Source of the DNA: Clostridia bacterium
GTDB lineage: Bacteria > Bacillota > Clostridia > UMGS1883
Assembly (NCBI GenBank): GCA_017451505.1
Contig: JAFTOF010000010.1
Coordinates: forward strand, 10,172 to 74,171
Direction: 5' to 3'
DNA length: 64,000 bases
The position numbers were made by a program, and so were the translations under genes. The notes below the pieces were generated by a model. That model ran no database searches and was not told the DNA's origin. It saw nothing but the letters and a program-made list of their open reading frames with translations. Numbering within the stretch: position 1 is the stretch's first letter; each line of letters begins with the position of its first letter. Shown piece after piece: positions 38,168 to 45,551 of the stretch.

Positions 38168-39036
38168 ATTTCAGAAGTGACCTTGCCTTGGAAAGGCGTG
38201 AAATGTTTGCAGGAGAAATTGCAGGGATTGAAAGCCTCCGTCACGATAACGACGGCATCAGTGTTACTCATGTTAAAATAAAGGATAACGATGCCGCAGA
38301 AAAAATAGGCAAACCCATAGGAAACTATGTAACCATAGAAATAAAGGATTTGTCACTCCCCGACGATGAAATCTGCGACAGAGCTGTAAATGCGGTTTCC
38401 GCGGAATTAAAAAAACTAATAAAGGGATTCTCCGATGCCTCCGTTTTGGTAGTGGGACTTGGAAATAGGGATATTACCCCCGATTCAATAGGACCAAAGG
38501 CGGTGGGAAAGCTTACGGTCACACGTCATATTTCAAAGGCTACAAATAACGAATTTAATCTTTCACTTCGCCCTGTAAGTGCCATTGCCCCCGGAGTTTT
38601 AGGGATAACAGGTATTGAAACAAGCGAAATAGTAAAAGGTGTTATAGAGTTTGTAAAGCCGCAACTTATAATAGCAATCGATGCTCTTGCCGCAAGAAAT
38701 CTAAGCCGTCTCGGCACCACGCTTCAAATTAGCGATACGGGAATAACCCCTGGAAGCGGGGTGGGTAATCACCGCAGAGCCTTAAATGAGGAAACCTTAG
38801 GCGTTCCCGTAATTGCCATAGGAGTACCTATGGTTGCAGATGTTTTAACTCTGGCAATGGATATTATACAGAAACTGCCAAAAAATGAACAAGAGGAAAA
38901 CGAGCAAAGGCTTGCACTGAATATTATTACCAAAAGGGGAGAGAACATGGTTGTTACTCCCAACGATGTGGACATTATCTCTCAACAGGCCTCCGATATA
39001 ATTGCCGATGCGATAAATATTGCATTGTATGAGTGA
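38164..39036 (+). CDS. gpr: GPR endopeptidase (spore germination protease)
   Basis: MNFRSDLALERREM..., GLGNRDITPDSIGPKAV and ISDTGITPGSGVGNHR are typical of GPR. GGGAGG lies 8 nt upstream. Confidence 0.9.
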   Translation: MNFRSDLALERREMFAGEIAGIESLRHDNDGISVTHVKIKDNDAAEKIGKPIGNYVTIEIKDLSLPDDEICDRAVNAVSAELKKLIKGFSDASVLVVGLGNRDITPDSIGPKAVGKLTVTRHISKATNNEFNLSLRPVSAIAPGVLGITGIETSEIVKGVIEFVKPQLIIAIDALAARNLSRLGTTLQISDTGITPGSGVGNHRRALNEETLGVPVIAIGVPMVADVLTLAMDIIQKLPKNEQEENEQRLALNIITKRGENMVVTPNDVDIISQQASDIIADAINIALYE

Positions 39037-39151
39037 AATTTTTGAATAAACAGCCCCGACTCTTGAACACAGCAACTTTTTATGTTATAATACGTGATGA
39101 AAAACCAAGCACAAAGGATTGTGTTTTAAGGAAAAGCGAAGGGGTACAAGA

Positions 39152-39766
39152 ATGAACATTATCAGTGCTCATATAACAAGGCTCAGAATTTCATCGGGAA
39201 TATCGCAAGAGCAGCTTGCTCAAAGAATCGGCACAGGTGTTACAACCGTCAAAAATATAGAGAGCGGATATCTTACCTCTCCTCCGACTATCATTGTGGA
39301 AAAACTGTCGGAGGTTTTCGGTGTTACCCCATTTGAGCTTATGAACTGCATCTCATTTTGTGTTGGAGAAAAGGGAAGAATGGTGCATGTAGTATCTGCA
39401 GTCAGCGGAGATAAGCCTTTCCTTGAAACAGCAAAAATAGTGGAAACCATCTTTATTGATGGGGACAGGTATGACGGAAACGAATATATGGGTGTAAAAA
39501 TGCCCGACAATGCTATGATTGATGCACACATTTGCCCTGATGACAGCGTTATTGTAAGGCAGGATGCCGTGATTAAAAACGGAGATATGGTTTTAGCCGT
39601 GTACAGCTGCGAGGACGGAGTTGTCAGAAGATATTATAAAAAGGGAAACATGATTTTGCTCAAGGCTGAAAACACAAGTGGACTTTATCCTGATATAGAA
39701 GTCGATGCCGAAAGTGACAGATTTAAGATATTGGGTAAAGTAATTACTTCCGTAAGGTCATATTAG
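39152..39766 (+). CDS. XRE-family HTH plus S24 (LexA/CI-like) domain protein, with both catalytic residues substituted
   Basis: HTH ISQEQLAQRIGTGVTTVKNIESG. The C-terminal domain is colinear with the LexA S24 domain, but GDSM reads DNAM (Ser to Ala) and the V-K-R lysine position reads VRRY (Lys to Arg). Confidence 0.75.
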   Translation: MNIISAHITRLRISSGISQEQLAQRIGTGVTTVKNIESGYLTSPPTIIVEKLSEVFGVTPFELMNCISFCVGEKGRMVHVVSAVSGDKPFLETAKIVETIFIDGDRYDGNEYMGVKMPDNAMIDAHICPDDSVIVRQDAVIKNGDMVLAVYSCEDGVVRRYYKKGNMILLKAENTSGLYPDIEVDAESDRFKILGKVITSVRSY

Positions 39767-39863
39767 AAATAAAAACAGTAAAAATAGCAAAACTTACTTG
39801 CATTTTATCGGAAATAGTAATATACTGTGATGTGGACGTTTTTACAGAAAGGAAGCGAAATTT

Positions 39864-41036
39864 ATGATATATTTGGATAATGCTGCCACAACCAAAGTGA
39901 AAGACAGCGTAATATCAGCTATGCTTCCGTACTTTACGGAAACTTTCGGAAATGCATCCTCAACATACACAACCCCCGGACAAGCCGCCAGAAAGGCACT
40001 TTCTGAGGCAAGGGAGAAGGTTGCAGGCTGTATCGGTGCAGACGCAAAGGAAGTTTTCTTCACAAGCGGAGGAAGCGAAGCGGATAACTGGGCAATAAAG
40101 GGCATAGCTCTTAAAAATAAAGATAAGGGAAATCATATTATCACAACTACGGTGGAACACCATGCAGTGCTTCACACCTGTGAGTTTTTGGAGAAGCAGG
40201 GTTTTAAAGTAACCTATGTTCCCGTAGATGAATTTGGTATGGTAAACCCCGAAGATATAAAAAATGCAATTACCGACGAAACGGTGCTTGTTTCCGTCAT
40301 GTTTGCAAATAATGAAATAGGAACAATTAATCCCATTAAGGAAATAGGCGAAATTTGCCGCGAAAAGGGAGTATATTTTCATACCGATGCCGTACAGGCG
40401 ACAGGTGCCGTTCCCATTGACGTAAAGGAAATGAATATTGATTTGCTTTCCATGTCGGCACATAAATTCCACGGACCTAAGGGCGTGGGTGCACTTTACA
40501 TCAGAAAAGGCGTAAAGATTGATAATCTGCTCCACGGCGGTGCACAGGAGCTTGGACGGCGTGCCACAACTGAAAACGTAGCAGGTATTGTCGGAATGGC
40601 ACAGGCACTGTCGGAAGCTTGTGAAAATATGCAGGAAAAGACAGAGAAGCTTATAAAACTCAGAGATAAGCTTATAGACGGCATTTTGGAAAGTGTCCCT
40701 TATACCCGCCTTAACGGACACAGAACAAAAAGGCTGCCCAATAATACAAGCTTCTGCTTCCGTTATATAGAGGGGGAGAGTTTGCTTCTCAGTCTTGATA
40801 TGATGGGGTATGTGGTTTCCAGCGGCAGTGCGTGTACGTCAGGCTCTCTCGACCCGTCCCATGTGCTTTTGGGAATCGGGCTTCCTCATGAAATTGCACA
40901 CGGCTCTATGCGTGCCTCGCTTTCGGAGTTTACTACAGAAGAAGAAATTGATTCCTTTATTAAAGCGGTTGGTCCCATCGTACAAAGACTCAGGGATATG
41001 TCACCTCTTTATGAAGAAGTGGAAAGAAAGGATTGA
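39864..41036 (+). CDS. nifS: cysteine desulfurase (NifS/IscS class I)
   Basis: IYLDNAATT, the PLP-lysine region SMSAHKFHGPKG, and the active-site loop SSGSACTSG. Confidence 0.9.
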   Translation: MIYLDNAATTKVKDSVISAMLPYFTETFGNASSTYTTPGQAARKALSEAREKVAGCIGADAKEVFFTSGGSEADNWAIKGIALKNKDKGNHIITTTVEHHAVLHTCEFLEKQGFKVTYVPVDEFGMVNPEDIKNAITDETVLVSVMFANNEIGTINPIKEIGEICREKGVYFHTDAVQATGAVPIDVKEMNIDLLSMSAHKFHGPKGVGALYIRKGVKIDNLLHGGAQELGRRATTENVAGIVGMAQALSEACENMQEKTEKLIKLRDKLIDGILESVPYTRLNGHRTKRLPNNTSFCFRYIEGESLLLSLDMMGYVVSSGSACTSGSLDPSHVLLGIGLPHEIAHGSMRASLSEFTTEEEIDSFIKAVGPIVQRLRDMSPLYEEVERKD

Positions 41037-41041
41037 AATAA

Positions 41042-41467
41042 ATGTACAGTGAAAAAGTAATGGATCATTTCTCCAATCCCAGAAACGTGGGAGAGCTTGC
41101 AGATGCAAACGCTGTGGGAACAGTTGGCAATGCAAAGTGCGGAGATATAATGAAGATTTATATGAAAATTGAGGACGATATCGTAAAGGATGTCAAATTC
41201 AAGACCTTCGGATGCGGTGCCGCTGTGGCAACCAGCTCTATGGCAACCGAGCTTGTTAAGGGAAAGACCATTGAGGAAGCTCTCGGACTTACCAATAAGG
41301 CCGTTGTAGAAGCTCTTGAAGGGCTTCCGCCTGCAAAAATTCATTGCAGTGTTCTTGCGGAAGAAGCTATTAAGGCGGCTATTCAGGACTACTACGATAA
41401 GAGCGGAATCGAAAAGAAAGTGGAATGCAGCGGTAATTGTGCACATTGTCACGGACACCACGAATAA
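41042..41467 (+). CDS. nifU: Fe-S cluster assembly scaffold (NifU N-terminal / IscU type)
   Basis: YSEKVMDHFSNPRNVG, GNAKCGD, FKTFGCGAA and IHCSVLA are scaffold cysteine motifs. The C-terminal tail is Cys/His-rich (CSGNCAHCHGHHE). Confidence 0.9.
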   Translation: MYSEKVMDHFSNPRNVGELADANAVGTVGNAKCGDIMKIYMKIEDDIVKDVKFKTFGCGAAVATSSMATELVKGKTIEEALGLTNKAVVEALEGLPPAKIHCSVLAEEAIKAAIQDYYDKSGIEKKVECSGNCAHCHGHHE

Positions 41468-41543
41468 ATGTGAAATTGAAAATGCATAATGCAAAATGTC
41501 GGGAGGGGGCGTAAAGAAGTCATGCTTTTTTACATCCTCTTTC

Positions 41544-42611
41544 TTATTTTTGCGTTTTTATAAAATCCGCTAATCCCTCGGCAAAATATCTTGCCCCTAA
41601 AAGTGCCTCATCCATGGTGTTTCCGTTTGTCCCGACCTCCACTATTATCGCGGCGGGAGCAAGCTGTTGGTTAAATCTCTGGCTTCGAAAATTTATCGGC
41701 CTCATTAAATCGGGATATATTGAGCTGATATGCTGTTGAAGCTTATACGCAAAGGTCATGTTTTCCTCCCAGTTTTTATGCTCAAGTCCGCTTACGTTAC
41801 TTCCTACCACAAGCATTATTTTTGCCGCATCCTCGGAATTAATTTTAGCGGTGTATTTCACTTTGCCGCCACCCTTGCTTTCAATGGCATCTCGGTGTAC
41901 ATCCAGCACAATTTTTATCGAGGGGTCATTTTTTATATAGTTGGAAACGTTTGCACCGCTTTTGTTATAGCTTCCGTTGTAGCTGGGGTAATCATTGATG
42001 GTGGTATCGTGATAAACTTTAATTCCATAGCTTTTGAGCGTTTTTTCAATTTCTTTACCCACCTTTACCATGTTAAAGCTTTTATCTGTAGTCCTGTCCG
42101 TATCAGTGGGAGAATAGGGGAATTTTTCTGACGGAGTATAGCTTTCCGTCGTATGTGTGTGTACTATGAGGACAGAAAAATCTTTTTTCATAAAGGGTAG
42201 CTGAGCAGAGCTATATTTTTCAGCATCTAAATTCAAATGTGTATTATTGGAAAACTTAACCTGAGGCATTTCGTTTGTAACCGTATTTTTTTTAGCTGCG
42301 GTGTGTGCGGCTGTGCTTTCAGCTTTGGTGTGAGTATCTTTTGTCGGAGAGCTTTTGGGGAGAGTCGTTTTTTCTGTATTAAGGAGCGAAAAAACACTTG
42401 TGTAATTAGGCTTTATATGACTGTGCGGAAGCTGTGAGCAAACAAAAAAATTAACCAAATCACGACTAAGCTTTATTTTGGGGACATTCTTAATTAACGA
42501 AGAACTTGTAATCACCATAGCGACAAATAAAGATAATGCAATCGGTATCCGAAGAAATTTTAAATTTATGGAAATTATAGAAGTTTTTTTCAAAAAATCG
42601 CCTCTTTTCAT
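41544..42611 (-). CDS. spoIIP: stage II sporulation protein P
   Basis: N-terminal membrane anchor, SpoIIP-like VLIVHTHTTESY, and an amidase-like C-terminal half (LDVHRDA...). Confidence 0.8.
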   Translation of the reverse strand: MKRGDFLKKTSIISINLKFLRIPIALSLFVAMVITSSSLIKNVPKIKLSRDLVNFFVCSQLPHSHIKPNYTSVFSLLNTEKTTLPKSSPTKDTHTKAESTAAHTAAKKNTVTNEMPQVKFSNNTHLNLDAEKYSSAQLPFMKKDFSVLIVHTHTTESYTPSEKFPYSPTDTDRTTDKSFNMVKVGKEIEKTLKSYGIKVYHDTTINDYPSYNGSYNKSGANVSNYIKNDPSIKIVLDVHRDAIESKGGGKVKYTAKINSEDAAKIMLVVGSNVSGLEHKNWEENMTFAYKLQQHISSIYPDLMRPINFRSQRFNQQLAPAAIIVEVGTNGNTMDEALLGARYFAEGLADFIKTQK

Positions 42612-42770
42612 AGAATATATATTGATTTATTTCAAAAAATATGCAATAATATGTATGTATGTGTAAAGAGAGTAATACTCGCTTTCATAAATTTGATTAT
42701 GTCTTATCGGCCCACGATAAGATATGCGTATGATAATAAACTTCTTGTGGGCAGAAAGGTTTTGTGGATT

Positions 42771-43634
42771 ATGTTGGTATCAGCAAAAGAAATGTTGGAA
42801 AAGGCTCGTGCAGGGCACTATGCAGTAGGTCAGTTTAATATTAACAATCTTGAATGGACAAAGGCTATTCTTCTCACTGCTCAGGAGCTTAATTCCCCCG
42901 TTATTTTGGGCGTAAGCGAGGGTGCAGGTAAATATATGGCAGGCTATAAAACCATCGTTGGCATGGTTAAAGGTATGATTGAAGGACTGGGAATCACAGT
43001 TCCTGTAGCACTTCACCTTGACCACGGCAGCTACGAGGGTGCTATGAAGTGTATTGAAGCAGGCTTTTCATCAGTTATGTTTGACGGAAGCCATTATCCC
43101 ATCGATGAAAACGTTGCAAAGACAACCGAACTTGTAAAGATTTGTGCCGAAAAAGGTCTCAGCCTTGAAGCTGAGGTAGGTGCAATCGGCGGCGAGGAAG
43201 ACGGCGTTGTAGGAAACGGCGACATTGCAGATCCCGCTGAATGTAAGTCTATTGCAGACCTTGGCGTTACAATGCTTGCAGCAGGTATCGGTAACATTCA
43301 CGGTAAATATCCCGAAAATTGGAAGGGTCTTGATTTTGACACTCTTGAAAAAATCAACGATGCTACAGGTGGAATTCCTCTTGTTCTTCATGGTGGCACA
43401 GGAATCCCCGCAGATATGATTAAGACAGCAATTAGCCTCGGTGTTGCAAAGATTAATGTAAACACAGAGTGCCAGCTTTCATTTGCAGCAGCTACAAGAA
43501 AGTATATAGAAGCAGGTAAGGATTTAGAAGGAAAGGGCTTTGATCCCAGAAAACTTCTTGCTCCCGGCTTTGAGGCGATTAAGGAAACCGTTAAGGAAAA
43601 AATGGAGCTTTTCGGAAGCGTAAACAAAGCGTAA
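42771..43634 (+). CDS. fba: class II fructose-1,6-bisphosphate aldolase
   Basis: MLVSAKEMLEKARAGHYAVGQFNINNLEW, LHLDHG, and GNIHGKY...LVLHGGTG. The upstream part of the track ORF (42651) has no aldolase similarity. Confidence 0.9.
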   Translation: MLVSAKEMLEKARAGHYAVGQFNINNLEWTKAILLTAQELNSPVILGVSEGAGKYMAGYKTIVGMVKGMIEGLGITVPVALHLDHGSYEGAMKCIEAGFSSVMFDGSHYPIDENVAKTTELVKICAEKGLSLEAEVGAIGGEEDGVVGNGDIADPAECKSIADLGVTMLAAGIGNIHGKYPENWKGLDFDTLEKINDATGGIPLVLHGGTGIPADMIKTAISLGVAKINVNTECQLSFAAATRKYIEAGKDLEGKGFDPRKLLAPGFEAIKETVKEKMELFGSVNKA

Positions 43635-43651
43635 TAAACTAAACAAAGCGT

Positions 43652-43685
43652 ACAGGGGAGGCATGTTGTTTCCCCTGTTTGATTT
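43652..43685 (+). terminator. intrinsic terminator of fba
   Basis: ACAGGGGA / TCCCCTGT stem followed by TTTGATTT. Confidence 0.6.
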
Positions 43686-43749
43686 GTAAAATAAGGCACA
43701 GCACGGAGAGATTGGTGATGGCTGTGCTAACTGAATATGAGGGAAAAAT

Positions 43750-44385
43750 ATGAATAAGAAGAAACTTTCCAGACAGGCACTCAAGAGATTGCCTGTATAT
43801 ATGTCGTATCTGAAAACATTGGAGAAAACGGAAACGGAATACGTATCATCTGCCGCCGTGGCACAGGCACTTGACCTTAATGATGTTCAGGTGAGAAAGG
43901 ACTTGGCGGCAGTTTGCAAAAGCTCGGGTATACCCAAAAGGGGCTTTGCCGTACGTGACCTTATAAACGGGATTTCCGACTTTTTAGGATATGGCAGTGG
44001 AAATGACGCAATACTTATAGGTGCGGGAAAGTTAGGAATGGCACTGATGAGCTACCGTGGATTTGATAACTATGGTATAAATATTGTAGCGGCATTTGAT
44101 ACCCGCCCTGAGGTGATTGACAATGAAAGAGTATATGAACTTTCACAAATTAAGGAAATCTGTAAAAAGTACGATATAAAAATCGGTATAATTACAGTTC
44201 CTGTAGATTCGGCACAGAGGGTGTGTGATATGCTTGTTGAGAGTGGTATTCTGGCAATATGGAATTTTGCACCCATCCATATCAAAGCACCTGCCAACAT
44301 TTTGGTGCAGAACGAAAATATGGCATCGTCACTGGCACTTCTCTCAAATCACCTTAGACAGAAAATGTTGAACGATACACAGTAA
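43750..44385 (+). CDS. rex: redox-sensing transcriptional repressor Rex
   Basis: RLPVYMSYL winged-helix N-terminus and the Rossmann motif ILIGAGKLGMAL; 211 aa. Confidence 0.9.
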   Translation: MNKKKLSRQALKRLPVYMSYLKTLEKTETEYVSSAAVAQALDLNDVQVRKDLAAVCKSSGIPKRGFAVRDLINGISDFLGYGSGNDAILIGAGKLGMALMSYRGFDNYGINIVAAFDTRPEVIDNERVYELSQIKEICKKYDIKIGIITVPVDSAQRVCDMLVESGILAIWNFAPIHIKAPANILVQNENMASSLALLSNHLRQKMLNDTQ

Positions 44386-44447
44386 TCCATATCCTAAAAG
44401 AGGAATTTCTGTGTTGCCCGTTCTTAAATATGTTAGGGGAAAAAGAA

Positions 44448-45368
44448 ATGAACACTTTACATCTTAAGTACATTATCGAGGTGGAAAAAACAGGGTCAAT
44501 ATCCAAAGCAGCGGAAAATCTGTATATGAACCAGCCGCAGCTTTCAAAGGCTATACGCGAGCTTGAAGAATCGGTAGGAATTTCGATTTTCAAAAGAAGC
44601 TCAAAGGGGGTCGTTCCTACTACCGTAGGGGCGGAATTTATTATGGATGCAAAGGGTATTATTGCCCAGCTAAAGCGTATGGAAACCATGTATAACCCCA
44701 AGAAAAGCGAAATGGTGACGCTTGATGTGGCGTCGTCACGTTGCGAGTATATTTCAGATGCTTTTTCTCTTTTTCTCAAAAAAATTAAAAACGAATCGAA
44801 AGAAAAAATAACCTTCAGGGAAACTAACACAATGCGTGCCATAAAGAATGTTGCCACGGGCGAGAATAACCTGGGAATTATAAAATATAATGCCGCCTAT
44901 GAGCAATATTTTACACAGATGCTGGAGGAAAGGGAGCTTCAATATGAAACTCTCTGGGAATATGACGAGCTTATTGCTGTATCGGCAAAAAGTAAGCTGG
45001 CAAAGCTTTCCTTGGTGGAGGAAAGCCATCTTGAAGGTATGACACAGATTCTTTTCGGGGACAATATTATGCATTACGGCCGTTCTGCACGCAGTGTCAA
45101 GTCGGCCCGCGAAACTGATAATATGCATCACATTTTCGTGTATGAGAGAGAGGGCATGAAAAGTGCACTTCTCGGTGACGAATGTGCATATGCCAGGATA
45201 ACACCGCCTCCAAAAGGATATTATGATGAAAACAAAATTACAATTATTCCCTTTAAAAGTGATGACAGTAAGTACAAAGATGTGATTTTCTATAGGAAAG
45301 ATTACAAAAAAAGCGAGACGGACAGTCTTTTTATAGAAACGCTTAAAGATGTAATAGCTACATTATAA
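44448..45368 (+). CDS. LysR family transcriptional regulator
   Basis: MNTLHLKYIIEVEKTGSISKAAENLYMNQPQLSKAIRELE is a LysR-type HTH, followed by a substrate-binding-like C-terminal domain. Confidence 0.8.
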   Translation: MNTLHLKYIIEVEKTGSISKAAENLYMNQPQLSKAIRELEESVGISIFKRSSKGVVPTTVGAEFIMDAKGIIAQLKRMETMYNPKKSEMVTLDVASSRCEYISDAFSLFLKKIKNESKEKITFRETNTMRAIKNVATGENNLGIIKYNAAYEQYFTQMLEERELQYETLWEYDELIAVSAKSKLAKLSLVEESHLEGMTQILFGDNIMHYGRSARSVKSARETDNMHHIFVYEREGMKSALLGDECAYARITPPPKGYYDENKITIIPFKSDDSKYKDVIFYRKDYKKSETDSLFIETLKDVIATL

Positions 45369-45414
45369 AATGAGGGAGTGAAAAAGGTTGACTTTTTCAC
45401 TCCCTCATTTTTTT
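45367..45414 (+). terminator. intrinsic terminator after the LysR gene
   Basis: Perfect 17-bp stem (45370-45386 with 45392-45408), loop GTTGA, followed by a T run. Confidence 0.8.
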
Positions 45415-45479
45415 GCAAAAGAAAGAAAAAATGGTAATGCTATATCGATATAGGAATAACGATATACAAAAAAAGCATC

Positions 45480-45508
45480 TTTACAAATTAAAAAAATGCC
45501 ATTATAAT
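45480..45508 (+). promoter_or_regulatory. probable sigma-A promoter of adhE
   Basis: TTTACA (45480-45485), a 17-nt spacer, then TATAAT (45503-45508). Confidence 0.5.
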
Positions 45509-45551
45509 AATATCATAATACATTATACCATTATAGAAAGGAATTATTATA

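Noticed and set aside
39960-40721. 253-aa minus-strand ORF, and similar long antisense ORFs at 53853-54638, 20047-20751 and 46827-47480
   Set aside because: Each lies fully inside, and antisense to, a strongly supported gene (nifS, glgA, BNR protein 1, adhE). None has a family resemblance.
45417-45551. Expected Rex operator upstream of adhE
   Set aside because: I searched by eye for TTGTGAA/TTCACAA and TTGTTAA/TTAACAA half-sites and found none, so no Rex site is claimed.
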